From a bacterium (GTDB lineage: Bacteria; Fidelibacterota; Marinisomatia; Marinisomatales; UBA1611), in the NCBI GenBank assembly GCA_038127595.1, contig JAYPIC010000001.1:59388-123387 (forward strand): a DNA stretch of 64,000 nucleotides, written 5' to 3'. Below are positions 29,491 through 40,369 of this stretch, one piece after another. The position numbers and the translations under genes were made by a program. Each line of letters opens with the position of its first letter. The first letter of the stretch is position 1. The notes under the pieces were generated by a model. That model was not told the origin of the DNA, made no database searches, and worked only from the letters and a program-made list of their open reading frames with translations.

Positions 29491-29850
29491 TGAGCTAGTT
29501 GGATGATTGCTCTATTAAAATTAATTTTTAATAGAGAGGAAAGTCCGGGCACCGCAGAACATAGAGCCTTTTAACGAAAGGAATCCGTGAGGATATGGAA
29601 AGTGCAGCAGAAAATAAACCGCCTGTTTTCAGGTAAGGGTGAAAAGGTGGTGTAAGAGACCACCAGTCTTTCTTTAAAGAGATTGAGCTTGTAAACCCCT
29701 CTAGGTGCAAGGTCGAATAGTTTCAGAGATGTTGTTCGCATTGTTTGATGAATGGGTAGATCGCTTCAGCATAATGGCAACATTATGCGCAGATAAATAA
29801 TCATCTATCCTCTTTAGAGGTGGACAGGACTCGGCTTATAGACTAGCTCA
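29491..29850 (+). ncRNA. rnpB: RNase P RNA (bacterial type A)
   Basis: P1 TGAGCTAGTT/GACTAGCTCA, GAGGAAAGTCCGGGC, AGTGCAGCAGAAA, GGGTGAAA..GTAAGAG, GGGTAG, ACAGGACTCGGCTTA. Confidence 0.97.
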
Positions 29851-29877
29851 AAAATATACGATAACGGAATTATCTAC

Positions 29878-32187
29878 ATGGGAAAAGAAAACCTATCATC
29901 TTCTTTTTTATCTAAAGAAGTAAAATTTTTTCAACAAAACTTAAAACAGATTGGAATTATCTTTTCATTAGTTATATTGATCTCATTATTATTTCCTGGC
30001 GGTGAAGCTTTGAAATATTCTTATAAAATTAATGATGTCACTAGGGAACCAATCATTGCTCCTTACACGTTCCCGATTCTGAAAACAGAGAAAGATTATG
30101 ATGAAGATAAAAAAGCAGAGAAAAAATCAGTAGCATATATTTTCAACAGGAATCAAGAGATTGCAAATATTCAACTAAAAATTATTGATGAATTTTTTGA
30201 AACTGTGAATGAATACAGATTGGCAAAGTGGAGATTTAGTCAATCAAAACAACTATATTATGAGCGTAAGTACCATCCTACTGCGGAAAAAGCAAAAAAT
30301 GAATTTTTTGCTGACAGTACTAGCTTAGTTATGGTTTCCAATGATTTTAAAAATAATTATCCATTTACAGTTTTAAAAGATTCTTCATGGAATAAATATT
30401 TAACTACAGATGATGAGCCTAGGAAAATAAGAGACTGGATTTCTCATAAAAACATAGTGAAACAAATATGCAAAAATAGGTGGTCAGAAGGAATTTATGA
30501 AATCCCATTAGATAGTATCCTAAGTGATAAAGTAAAAATTAATCAAGGCGAAGTTCCAATTATCACAAAAAAATCTGATTTTAATAGTTTAGAGCTAGCC
30601 TGGATCAAATCTAAAGAAGAGTATATAAGCAAAGTCTTAACTGAAAGTATTTTCTTTGACATTGGGTATGACATTATTGTTGAGCACTTGGTTCCAAATC
30701 TTGCATATGATAGGCAATTAACTGAGTCAAATCAAAGACTGAGTATTCAGCAAGTACCAAGAAGTAAGGGAGTTGTTTTAGAAAATGAGTTAATTGTTGA
30801 TGCAAACATTAGGATTACAGAGGACGTAATTCAGAAGTTAAACTCTCTCTCTGCTTCTATTGATAGTATGAATGAGGGTAGACCTGTAGATAATGTATGG
30901 AGCTATTTAGGGCGAGTGATTTTATTATCAGTAGTTGTCTCCCTGTTCTTTACCTTTTTATACATGTATAGAATAGATGTTTTTTCAGATTGGAAGATGA
31001 TTTTATTGATGTCAATCATAATGCTCTTTCAAATGCTATTAGCCTCATTAATTATTAATTATTTTCAATTTTCTGAATACTTAGTTCCTATATCTGTAGG
31101 TGCACTAACACTTACAATTTTGTTTGATGCTAGAATTGGCTTTATGTCAACAGTTGCAGTGTCAATTTTAGTAGGGTTAATGATGGGACAAAATATTGAT
31201 TTTGTTATTTCCTCGCTATTTATATCAACTGTAGGGGTATATAACATTCGTGAACTAAGGAAAAGAAGTCAATTATTCACAACAATGTTTGCTCTGATAG
31301 CAGCGAGTATTGTCGTTATAATTGCTATTGGGCTATTTAAAGAACAATCTTGGGCTAAAATCATCCTCGATTTGCAGATTTTAACATTAAATAGTTTTTT
31401 AGCACCAATCATTACCTATGGATTAATTGGATTGACAGAAATGGTTTTTGAAGTAACCACGGATTTAACATTAATTGAATTACTTGATTATGATAGGCCT
31501 TTACTTAAAAGAGCACAAAGAGAAACGAATGGTACATTTAATCATAGTATTGTTGTTGGTAATCTAGCTGAAGCATGTGCGACAGCTATTGGAGCACATT
31601 CTCTTTTATGCAGGGTTGGGGCTTATTATCATGACATTGGTAAAATGATTAAAGCTGATTATTTTATTGAAAATCAGTATGCCTCGGATAATAAGCATGA
31701 TGCAATAAAGCCAACAATGAGTGCAAAAATAATTAGAAGTCATGTCAACAATGGTTTACAATTAGCTAGGGAGTATGGTTTACCTAAAATCGTTTCAGAT
31801 TTTATTCCAATGCATCATGGAACTACTAGAGTTGAATATTTTTATCGTCAAGCTCTAGAGGCAGTTGGAGGTGATGAGTCAAAAATTGATGAAAGTCAAT
31901 TTCGATATCCTGGCCCTAAGCCAAATACAAAAGAAACAGGTATATTAATGATATGCGAAGCAATTGAAGCTGCTGTTCGCTCTATAAAAAATCCTGATAT
32001 TATGAAAATTGAGAATATGATAGATAAGATCATAAAGCAAAGAATTGATGATGGGCAGTTAAGTGAATGTCCATTAACACTTGATGAGCTTAATAAAATC
32101 AAGGGTACTGTAGATGGGAATACCGGTATGCTTCACGTGCTTAGAGGAATTTATCACATACGTATTGAATACCCTGATGATAAATAG
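29878..32187 (+). CDS. 7TM-HD (PgpH-like) membrane phosphohydrolase
   Basis: Extracellular 7TMR-HDED domain, TM bundle, GTFNHS, YYHDIGK, HV, HHGT, FRYPGPKP. Confidence 0.9.
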   Translation: MGKENLSSSFLSKEVKFFQQNLKQIGIIFSLVILISLLFPGGEALKYSYKINDVTREPIIAPYTFPILKTEKDYDEDKKAEKKSVAYIFNRNQEIANIQLKIIDEFFETVNEYRLAKWRFSQSKQLYYERKYHPTAEKAKNEFFADSTSLVMVSNDFKNNYPFTVLKDSSWNKYLTTDDEPRKIRDWISHKNIVKQICKNRWSEGIYEIPLDSILSDKVKINQGEVPIITKKSDFNSLELAWIKSKEEYISKVLTESIFFDIGYDIIVEHLVPNLAYDRQLTESNQRLSIQQVPRSKGVVLENELIVDANIRITEDVIQKLNSLSASIDSMNEGRPVDNVWSYLGRVILLSVVVSLFFTFLYMYRIDVFSDWKMILLMSIIMLFQMLLASLIINYFQFSEYLVPISVGALTLTILFDARIGFMSTVAVSILVGLMMGQNIDFVISSLFISTVGVYNIRELRKRSQLFTTMFALIAASIVVIIAIGLFKEQSWAKIILDLQILTLNSFLAPIITYGLIGLTEMVFEVTTDLTLIELLDYDRPLLKRAQRETNGTFNHSIVVGNLAEACATAIGAHSLLCRVGAYYHDIGKMIKADYFIENQYASDNKHDAIKPTMSAKIIRSHVNNGLQLAREYGLPKIVSDFIPMHHGTTRVEYFYRQALEAVGGDESKIDESQFRYPGPKPNTKETGILMICEAIEAAVRSIKNPDIMKIENMIDKIIKQRIDDGQLSECPLTLDELNKIKGTVDGNTGMLHVLRGIYHIRIEYPDDK

Positions 32188-32202
32188 TCTATATTTATTC
32201 TT

Positions 32203-32646
32203 ATGATGAACGTTAATGTATTTATAGATAAAGAATATGAAAAATTAAACGAATCTCTTTGCAAGTCAATAATTGAAAAAGTTTTAACTCATTACAAATA
32301 TACGTCTTATGATGTTAATGTCATTTTTACATCAGATATACACTTAAGTGATTTAAAAAAAGAGTTTTTTTCTAAGGATCAATGGACAGATGTAATTGCT
32401 TTCCCCCTACAAAGAGACTCTAAGTTTATAGAAGGTGAAATATACATAAGCATACCTACAGCCAAAAAAAATGCTAACTTATTTAAAGAACCATATAAAA
32501 AAGAATTAGGAAGGTTAATTATTCACGGTTTATTGCATTTGTTAGGTATTGAGGACAAGTCTATAGAGCAAAAAAAGAAGATGACTATACTTGAAGAAAA
32601 ATTCTTAGAGGATGAATTATGGCGAGGGTTAATTGAAAAATCATAA
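32203..32646 (+). CDS. ybeY: rRNA maturation endoribonuclease YbeY
   Basis: TDVIAF, GEIYIS, HGLLHLLG (third metal ligand is Asp, not His). Confidence 0.9.
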   Translation: MMNVNVFIDKEYEKLNESLCKSIIEKVLTHYKYTSYDVNVIFTSDIHLSDLKKEFFSKDQWTDVIAFPLQRDSKFIEGEIYISIPTAKKNANLFKEPYKKELGRLIIHGLLHLLGIEDKSIEQKKKMTILEEKFLEDELWRGLIEKS

Positions 32647-33415
32647 AATTAATACGCAATTGTTTCAGGAATTAAATGATATAGTAAATAAACTAAGAAA
32701 ACCTGGCGGGTGTGATTGGGATAGAGCTCAAACTGCAAATACATTAATTCCATATTTCATCGAAGAGGTATATGAATTGATAGATGGAATAGATAAAAAA
32801 GATTCTAACAATATTAAAGAAGAACTAGGTGATGTTTTATTACATATTATTTTTCAGTCTCAAATCGCTTTAGAAAAAAATTTTTTTACAATCAATGATG
32901 TTATTGATGGTATAAACGAAAAATTGATTAAAAGGCACCCGAAAGTTTTTAACCAATCTAAGTCTCAAAATGATGTAAAGGATGAACAAAATTGGGAAAA
33001 AGAAAAACAAAAAAACAAAAATAGAAAATCAAGGATTGATGGGGTGCCGAAAATTTTACCTTCAATATTATCAGCACAAAGGATTCAAGAAAAAGCTTCA
33101 ACCGTAGGTTTTGATTGGTCTAGCGTTAATCAGGTGTGGAAAAAATTAGAAGAAGAACTATTAGAGGTTAGAGCGGCTCAAAAAGAAAATGATTACAATA
33201 GGATTGAAGAAGAGCTAGGTGATTTAATTTTCTCAGTTGTAAATCTTTGCAGATTTTTAAATGTTTCAGCAGAAAATGCATTAAGGAAAGCCAATAAAAA
33301 ATTCAAAAAGCGATTTAATTTGCTAGAAGACCATGTATCAAAATCAGGGAGAGAAATAGAAGATTTTTCTATTAATGAATTAAATGAAATTTGGGATTTA
33401 ATTAAGAAAGGTTAG
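32633..33415 (+). CDS. mazG: Nucleoside triphosphate pyrophosphohydrolase MazG
   Basis: LR..GGCDWD..QT, EEVYE, EELGD twice, KLIKRHP, GFDW. Confidence 0.95.
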   Translation: MKNHKINTQLFQELNDIVNKLRKPGGCDWDRAQTANTLIPYFIEEVYELIDGIDKKDSNNIKEELGDVLLHIIFQSQIALEKNFFTINDVIDGINEKLIKRHPKVFNQSKSQNDVKDEQNWEKEKQKNKNRKSRIDGVPKILPSILSAQRIQEKASTVGFDWSSVNQVWKKLEEELLEVRAAQKENDYNRIEEELGDLIFSVVNLCRFLNVSAENALRKANKKFKKRFNLLEDHVSKSGREIEDFSINELNEIWDLIKKG

Positions 33416-33837
33416 TTATTCACACCATTGATTATCACTGATAAGTTTCTTTTGGTGATATTATTTCGGTGTTCACATAAAAATATTCCTTGCCAGGTGC
33501 CTAGATCAAGAGCTCCTCTTTTTATTGGAATAGAAATAGAATTACCAAGAATTGACGATTTAAGATGCGCAGGCATATCGTCATCACCCTCAAAAGTGTG
33601 CTCATAGTACGGATCTTTCTCTGGTACCATTTTATTAAAATAATACTCAAAGTCATTCCTGACACTTTTATCTGCATTTTCATTAATTGTTAGTGATGCC
33701 GAAGTATGTTTTATAAATAAATTAAGTATTCCAATACGAAAATCATTTATTTCAGGAATTTTTTTTTCAATTTCATATGTAATTAAGTGAAATCCTCTAC
33801 ATTTATTTATGATCACAATATTTTTTTCTATCCACAT
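33412..33837 (-). CDS. yjbQ: YjbQ/UPF0047 family protein
   Basis: HTSASLTINENAD, EGDDDMPAHLKS, LGTWQGIFLCEHR. Confidence 0.92.
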   Translation of the reverse strand: MWIEKNIVIINKCRGFHLITYEIEKKIPEINDFRIGILNLFIKHTSASLTINENADKSVRNDFEYYFNKMVPEKDPYYEHTFEGDDDMPAHLKSSILGNSISIPIKRGALDLGTWQGIFLCEHRNNITKRNLSVIINGVNN

Positions 33838-33844
33838 ATCTAAA

Positions 33845-35110
33845 TTATGTTTTTTTCTCTTTTTTTCTTGCTGCTGGGAAAAGAATATTATTTAGTATAA
33901 GTCTATACCCAGGAGAATTTCTATGCAATGACAAGTCCGTTGGAGGATCACCTACAAAATGCTGATAATCTTCAGGATCATGACCGCCATAAAATGTGTA
34001 TGTTCCTTTTCCATAGTTACCGTGGATATACTTAGCCTGGTTTGAACTTGGATCTTCACCCATAATAATTACATGGCTTTTTATCATGTTTTTATTAAAA
34101 CCCGTTGTTTGCCCCATAAATCCCTTAACAACTGGAACGTGGTTTTGTGTTAACATAGTTGGCACGGGGTCATATTTTGCGGAAAATTCAAATAAAGAAA
34201 AATAATCTGCTTCAGCACCTCTTGTCACTGGGTTATGGCTTGGAGGGAAATCTATGTCTGAGAATTCATAGATCATTGGATCTGGGTATATTGAAAAGTC
34301 TTTAAAGGCCAATGTTTTTTGATAGTCAATTTTTTTAGATAGGTTTTTTTCAACTGGAGTACCATCAAAAACACTGTGAACTCCATCAATGCCTTCCAAT
34401 GATAATGCAATGTCATAAGAATCTGTTGCTGAACACATTGCGAATAAAAATCCGCCGTTACCAATATAATTTTTAATAATCCTTGAAATTGCTTTTTTTT
34501 CTTCATGCACGCTAACCATTCCATATTTTTTTGCTAACGATTCAAACTTATTTTTTTGTTCAATGTACCAAGGAGCATTGTGATAGTTTCGGTAAAATTT
34601 ACCATATTGTCCTGTGAAATCTTCATGATGGAGATGAAGCCAGTCAAATTTTTCTAAGCCATTATTTAATACTTCTTCATCCCATAGTGTTTCATAATCT
34701 ACCTCTGCATATGTTAATGCTAATGTTACAGCATCATCCCATGGTTGTTTATTGGGAGGGGTATAAATTGCAATCTTAGGAGCTTTTTCTAATAGGACGA
34801 TGTCCATATTGTTTTTTTCTATTGCTGAATAGATACTAAGTACCTCCTCAGTTATTTCTATAAACGTAACACCCCTTATTTTACACTCCGCTTTAATTGA
34901 GGATTGGCTATCAATCAAAAAGGCACCCCCTTGAAAATTTAAAAGCCATTCTACATTAATATTTCTTTTTAGTGCGTAATATGCAATCCCATAAGATTTT
35001 AAATGATCGTTTTGTGTTTGATCCATTGGGATTAACAATTTCTGAGCGTAGGCAATATTTAATACAAATGAAAAAATAATTATTTTTATGATAAGGTTAA
35101 ATTTTTTCAT
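33845..35110 (-). CDS. Secreted class-I glutamine amidotransferase-fold protein of unknown function
   Basis: Signal peptide, QNDHLKSYG, WDDAVTL, LHHEDFTGQYGKF, GGFLFAMCSATD (Cys nucleophile elbow), GGHDPED. Confidence 0.7.
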   Translation of the reverse strand: MKKFNLIIKIIIFSFVLNIAYAQKLLIPMDQTQNDHLKSYGIAYYALKRNINVEWLLNFQGGAFLIDSQSSIKAECKIRGVTFIEITEEVLSIYSAIEKNNMDIVLLEKAPKIAIYTPPNKQPWDDAVTLALTYAEVDYETLWDEEVLNNGLEKFDWLHLHHEDFTGQYGKFYRNYHNAPWYIEQKNKFESLAKKYGMVSVHEEKKAISRIIKNYIGNGGFLFAMCSATDSYDIALSLEGIDGVHSVFDGTPVEKNLSKKIDYQKTLAFKDFSIYPDPMIYEFSDIDFPPSHNPVTRGAEADYFSLFEFSAKYDPVPTMLTQNHVPVVKGFMGQTTGFNKNMIKSHVIIMGEDPSSNQAKYIHGNYGKGTYTFYGGHDPEDYQHFVGDPPTDLSLHRNSPGYRLILNNILFPAARKKEKKT

Positions 35111-36956
35111 TATCTTTTAACTTTCGGAGGTGATATCTAATTGGTTCTGAAAAAATTGATTCTGGATAATCATTAATGATACGAAAATAAAATTCAGATG
35201 CTTTAGATGAATCATTATAAAACCGCTCATGAATTTGGCCAGACATTATTATGCCTTTATCAGCGAATATTGTACCCTCTAGCAAATTTAATTCGGATAA
35301 GGCTTCATTATATTTTTTTAATCTTTTTAAGATAATTGCTTTTCGCAATGATAATAATGGAGAAATAATTTTATTATTATTGCTTGATTTAATGTGGGCT
35401 AAAAGTTGATTTGCTTCAACAACTTTTCTTTGTTTTAAAAGTGATTCAGATTTTAAAAAAGCGATGAATCCCTCTTTGCCTTTTTCATCTGCATTAGTAT
35501 AGAAATGGTTAATGAAATCCCTTAACTCCATTAAATCATTGAAATATATGTTATCTGGCAAAATAGTTTTAAATGATTCATTAATTAAAAAAAGCGATGT
35601 ATCGGGATTTCCAGAAAATAAATGCATTTCAATTAGTTTGTTTTTTATTTCAGGGGTGATGTGAATATTGTAGGTAGAATCTAAAAATTTAATTGATGAA
35701 TTAAAATCCGCTTTAGATTTGAACACGTCAGCAATTCTAAGTATGTTTTTTTCTTTTAAGGTTTTTGAAGGTGATTTATTTAATGAAGATTTATATAAAA
35801 AGAGAGCATTGTCAAAATCTTCTATTATTCTATAATGAATTTCAGCCAATCTAAACTCGGCTTCGGCAACAATAGCTGATTCAGGTATAGTAGCTAATAC
35901 AGAATCATATATTGATAGGCTAGACGATAGATTTTCTGAAGAAATATTTGTAGAGAGCTGAGAAGCATCTTTAAAAAAAATATTATCATTATAAAAATAT
36001 GGTACTAAATCATTGTTTTCTACAGGAAATATTTGGTCTTCAAATGTTTTAGCTAAACCTAATAATACTTCTCCGTATTGATAATCCTTTAAATCTTCTC
36101 TTAACATATATTGATAAGCTTTAATTGCATGAGAGTATGCTTTCTCTTTTCTTAAACTATTGCAAAAGCTAAGCCATTTTTTTGCATTGAACATCTCATT
36201 ATCACTCAATTCATGTAGAGCCTCATATGATTTTTTGAATTCACGATGCTTGAAATAATGATCAGATAGGATAGGTAAAATTTTATTTGGATGTTTAATA
36301 CTATTTTCAAGAAGTTTCATTTCAATGACATTTTTCGAGTCAATATCATCGCTCATTATTAGAATTTTTCTAGATACAGAAGAACTTGCACCTGGGTTAT
36401 CTAAAAGTGATAACAAGTATTCATCCATTGCATCCTTATATTGTTTTCTTTTATGATAGTAATTACCTAATTCTGTGGATAAAAAGCTTTCATTAAAAAT
36501 AAGCCTCCCATTTTCAATCATTTGAAATAATTCTTTATCTAGACTATGTTTATTATAAATTGAAAACAGTAATCTGTAATAAGATCTATTTTTTTTAAAC
36601 GTTGACAAACCTTCTTTCCAAGTTCTCTTTGCTTCTTCAACATTCTCATCTAAAAAATAAAACTCTCCTAATTCAACATTAAGTTGAATATCATTAGGGT
36701 TTCGAGATATTTGATATATTAAAAAATTAATTCCTTCCTTATACCTTTGGCTTTTTTTGTACAATGCTTTTAAACTTCTAATTGTTTGATAATTATTAGG
36801 GTCTTTATTTAATACATCATTATATATAGATATAGCCTCATCCCAATTTTTCTGTATCTCATGCATTTTAGCAGTTCTCAGAAAACCATTATATTGACCA
36901 AAAACTGTACAAGACAAAGATATAAAAAAAATTATTTTACTAATTTGTGTTTTCAT
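35097..36956 (-). CDS. Exported tetratricopeptide-repeat protein
   Basis: Signal peptide; repeated TPR patterns (EAISIY..VL..DP, LGNYY..A..EY, YPESIF). Confidence 0.8.
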   Translation of the reverse strand: MKTQISKIIFFISLSCTVFGQYNGFLRTAKMHEIQKNWDEAISIYNDVLNKDPNNYQTIRSLKALYKKSQRYKEGINFLIYQISRNPNDIQLNVELGEFYFLDENVEEAKRTWKEGLSTFKKNRSYYRLLFSIYNKHSLDKELFQMIENGRLIFNESFLSTELGNYYHKRKQYKDAMDEYLLSLLDNPGASSSVSRKILIMSDDIDSKNVIEMKLLENSIKHPNKILPILSDHYFKHREFKKSYEALHELSDNEMFNAKKWLSFCNSLRKEKAYSHAIKAYQYMLREDLKDYQYGEVLLGLAKTFEDQIFPVENNDLVPYFYNDNIFFKDASQLSTNISSENLSSSLSIYDSVLATIPESAIVAEAEFRLAEIHYRIIEDFDNALFLYKSSLNKSPSKTLKEKNILRIADVFKSKADFNSSIKFLDSTYNIHITPEIKNKLIEMHLFSGNPDTSLFLINESFKTILPDNIYFNDLMELRDFINHFYTNADEKGKEGFIAFLKSESLLKQRKVVEANQLLAHIKSSNNNKIISPLLSLRKAIILKRLKKYNEALSELNLLEGTIFADKGIIMSGQIHERFYNDSSKASEFYFRIINDYPESIFSEPIRYHLRKLKDNEKI

Positions 36957-39900
36957 TTTTTTGCTCTGCATTTTTCATTTGAGTCATAGCATTGAAATAT
37001 CGTTTAATCATGGTCTGATATTCTTTGGAGTAACCAGAATTTAAGGATCTATTCAAGGCATCTAACGCAAGGCTTTGTCTTTGTCCTAAATCTTCTGGGA
37101 GCCCGCTTGATGGAGAGTAGATTGTAGATTCATTGCTCGAGTATGACTTTCTTTCTTCTTTATACCCTCGCTGAGATAAAGAAGTTTGACTATCAAGCAT
37201 TCTTGATAAAATTCTACGCTGTTTATTTTTTGTATTTCTTGTGTAGTTCGATTTTGATAAATCAGAAATAACATCTTTTATATCTTTGGAAATCCCTTTT
37301 AAATCGCCTTGCCCATGCTTATTTGCTGATTGTTGCATCTCTTTCATTAGTTTTTGAAGTGATTGTTGAATATTTTTTTGACCTTGTAACATAGATTGTA
37401 ATAACTGTTGTTTCGCTGCTTCAGACATTTTTCCAAAGTTTAGGTTCATTCCTTTTTGGTTAAGTCCTTGTTGTTGTCCAGCCATTTGCTGCATCATTTT
37501 CAAAAACTGCTCAAACCCGCTCGCTGAACCTGATGATTGCATTTGTTGAATACTTTGATACAATTTTATTGCTGTTGTGTTCAGGGCCTCCATAGCAAGA
37601 TTCTGATTTTTTACAGCACTTTGAATATTTCTATTTGTTAAGTCAGATTTGGATTGTTCAATTGAATTATTTGCTGCTCCAACTGCCTTACCAATTTCAG
37701 GCGTAACCGAAAAAGTCTCCTTAGAAAGTTCAATCATTAATTTTGTGGTTTGCCGTAGTTGGTCTTGAACTAATTGTTGGTTATATGCCATTATCTTTAA
37801 TTGTGAAGAATTTCTCGAAAGGGATGAAGTACTTTCTTTTAATCTCTCTTGCTCTTTTGATATAAATAAATAGTCTCTCATTATTTTTTCTAATTTTGCT
37901 GCCATTTCGGAAACTGTTTCATTTTGAAATTGATTTTGAATCATTGAAAATGAATTTTGCAAATTATGCAGACCATTTAAAGCATCTTTACTCGATGATT
38001 TTGCTTTATTGTTTTTACTCTTTTGAAGATTTGAAATCGTAGTTTTAATATCATTTATTGTATTTTTGAATTCTTCATTAGACGCTAGTTCATTTAATTC
38101 CGATGCTGAATTTTCACTAAAAGGTTCTATTAGCTCAGAAGCTTGTTCCATTTCTTTATTCAATTGAGTTAATTCTTCAAGTAGTCTTTGCTCTTCTTGG
38201 GCAATTCTTTGCCCATCATTCATCTTGCCTTCGTTTTCAATATTATTAATGTCATCGTCAAGTTTATCTTTTTGCTGAACTAATTTCTCTATTCTATTCT
38301 TTAATTCATCTAGTTTTTGTTCTGCTTTGAGTCTCTTAAAAATATCGATATATCTGTCTAGTTCAGATTCAATTTCTTCTAAATTATTTGCCATTTGCTC
38401 TAATGATTTTTGTAATGACTCTAAGTTTATATCTTCTAATGAATTTTGAAGTTCATTTAAATCATCCATTATATTTTCAGGCAGTATTTCATTAATTAGG
38501 TTTGACAGCTCTTTGAATTTTTCAGCTAGGTCTGGCAAAAATAAATTATGCTTTTCACTTTCTTCTAATAAGGTCTCCATAGCATTTGAAATATCTTTAA
38601 TTTTATTTAGTTCTTCTTTAGCATTTTCTACCAATTCTTTAATTTTTTGCTGATCTTCCCATTTTAATTCATCCTCTGCTTTTAAAACGTTCAATTCCAT
38701 ATCTTCGATTTGGCTTTTTAAGTTTACCAGCTCATCGATACTTTCACTGAATTTTTCTTCAATGTTTTCTTCTTTGTTTTCTATCTCTTCATATAAATCT
38801 GCCAACGATGGTACTCTTGCTATAAGCTTATTACTTATAGTTTTTTTTGGCCCTGAAATAATATCATTGTCAGTTAATTCAAGATGATAATGAACCTCGT
38901 CATCTGGCATAAGCATTAATTCAGACAGGTTCCATGGAGTTTTGATATTCTGGTGTGATGTGTCTTTTATGATATCGGGTATGATGAACATGGATATATA
39001 AGGTTCAACATTTAAATATTTAGGTCTAATAATCTCATAGGCCAGCTGCAGGTTATCAAAGCCATAATCGTCTTCAATGTCAATATCAAAACCAATAATT
39101 TGATTGTTGCCTAGTGTAATAACAGGAGCTGGGTCAGTAATTTTGATTATTGGGTAGTGGTCAGTGATGACATTTATTTTGTATGGTATTGGGTCACGGT
39201 TTGTTATGCCTCTTGGATCAACTAAATGAATAGAAAACTCTCCATCAGCTTTTATTTTAAAACTTCCACTACCTTTATAGCCCATTGTATTTAGGTATTG
39301 TATTGAATCATTTTGTTTAATAAAGCTGGATTTCAGTTTCCTATTACTCATCAAGTTGATTTTTACTTCCGAGCCTTTTAGCCCCTGGACAGCTGCTATG
39401 CTTCCATCGAGCTTTTCGGATGGTAATCTTGAATATGATGGAGGTATAATTACCATTTCAAACTCTTCTAGTTTTGGTCTATCAGTAACAAAAATTGTAT
39501 CAGGGGTTGATACAACTATTTTCCATGCCTCATAAAAATGCTTTGCATTAACGAAAGCATTATATTCATAATCTTGAAATAATGCTGGTAATTTAAATTG
39601 ATAAAACCCATTTACATCCCTACCAGATTTCAACACTATTCGCATTGAATCTCGTTTACTAGTTGATTCTTGAGTAGGTGATAAAATTAAATTTACAGTA
39701 TCTGGATTTGCGTCTTCTGACATTATTGTGATTGATGATTCCTCTCCACCTAGAATATGATGGTTTTTAGTTAAATTGTATAATTTAAAAGGTTTTGGCG
39801 CATGGAATTTTTGATTATAGTGTTTCCATCTATAAAATGCATTACTACTTTGTTTTGAAAAAACTGATAAGAAGATTATGGATAGAAGCATAATTATTGA

Positions 39901-40368
39901 TGTTGCCATCTTAACATTAATTATTGGTTTTTTATCTACAAGTTCCTTGGGGTTGTGGCGTTCTATTTTTTTTGCGATACTTTGAGTAAAGTTATCAGCT
40001 AATTCACTTGATTGATTTTTGTTTTTTGCATTTTCAATTTGAAGTGCGTTCAAAGCTGTGTCTTTGTTATTTGGGAAGATGCTTTTACCTATAATTCTAG
40101 CAAGACTCCAACCAGAGTATTTATCAAAATACTCTTTATCTACTAAAAGTAAGAAAGCTATTACAAATATAATTTTTAGAAAGACTAATCCAGATACACT
40201 TAAAATGGTCAGTTTTTTTACTTTTGGAGTGAAGTAAAATATTGCTTCAAGGAGTAATAGAGATACTATGATTACAACAAAGGAAATGATGAACAGAAAT
40301 AATATTCGTAATAAATCTGTTTTAACTTTTTCTACTTTTAATGATTTTATATAATGAGAAATTTTCAT
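36940..40368 (-). CDS. DUF4175-like large membrane-anchored coiled-coil protein
   Basis: Three N-terminal TMs, Ig-like region with DDYG and DND..SGPK, long Gln/Met-rich coiled coil, YQTMIKRYF end. Confidence 0.75.
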   Translation of the reverse strand: MKISHYIKSLKVEKVKTDLLRILFLFIISFVVIIVSLLLLEAIFYFTPKVKKLTILSVSGLVFLKIIFVIAFLLLVDKEYFDKYSGWSLARIIGKSIFPNNKDTALNALQIENAKNKNQSSELADNFTQSIAKKIERHNPKELVDKKPIINVKMATSIIMLLSIIFLSVFSKQSSNAFYRWKHYNQKFHAPKPFKLYNLTKNHHILGGEESSITIMSEDANPDTVNLILSPTQESTSKRDSMRIVLKSGRDVNGFYQFKLPALFQDYEYNAFVNAKHFYEAWKIVVSTPDTIFVTDRPKLEEFEMVIIPPSYSRLPSEKLDGSIAAVQGLKGSEVKINLMSNRKLKSSFIKQNDSIQYLNTMGYKGSGSFKIKADGEFSIHLVDPRGITNRDPIPYKINVITDHYPIIKITDPAPVITLGNNQIIGFDIDIEDDYGFDNLQLAYEIIRPKYLNVEPYISMFIIPDIIKDTSHQNIKTPWNLSELMLMPDDEVHYHLELTDNDIISGPKKTISNKLIARVPSLADLYEEIENKEENIEEKFSESIDELVNLKSQIEDMELNVLKAEDELKWEDQQKIKELVENAKEELNKIKDISNAMETLLEESEKHNLFLPDLAEKFKELSNLINEILPENIMDDLNELQNSLEDINLESLQKSLEQMANNLEEIESELDRYIDIFKRLKAEQKLDELKNRIEKLVQQKDKLDDDINNIENEGKMNDGQRIAQEEQRLLEELTQLNKEMEQASELIEPFSENSASELNELASNEEFKNTINDIKTTISNLQKSKNNKAKSSSKDALNGLHNLQNSFSMIQNQFQNETVSEMAAKLEKIMRDYLFISKEQERLKESTSSLSRNSSQLKIMAYNQQLVQDQLRQTTKLMIELSKETFSVTPEIGKAVGAANNSIEQSKSDLTNRNIQSAVKNQNLAMEALNTTAIKLYQSIQQMQSSGSASGFEQFLKMMQQMAGQQQGLNQKGMNLNFGKMSEAAKQQLLQSMLQGQKNIQQSLQKLMKEMQQSANKHGQGDLKGISKDIKDVISDLSKSNYTRNTKNKQRRILSRMLDSQTSLSQRGYKEERKSYSSNESTIYSPSSGLPEDLGQRQSLALDALNRSLNSGYSKEYQTMIKRYFNAMTQMKNAEQKNENTN

Positions 40369-40369
40369 T

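Noticed and set aside
29528..29710. 60-aa minus-strand ORF
   Set aside because: It is antisense to the RNase P RNA; a spurious ORF.
33845..35110. Asparagine synthetase B (a label often given to this family)
   Set aside because: It has a signal peptide and lacks both the N-terminal Cys Ntn domain and the SGGLDS ATP-binding motif.
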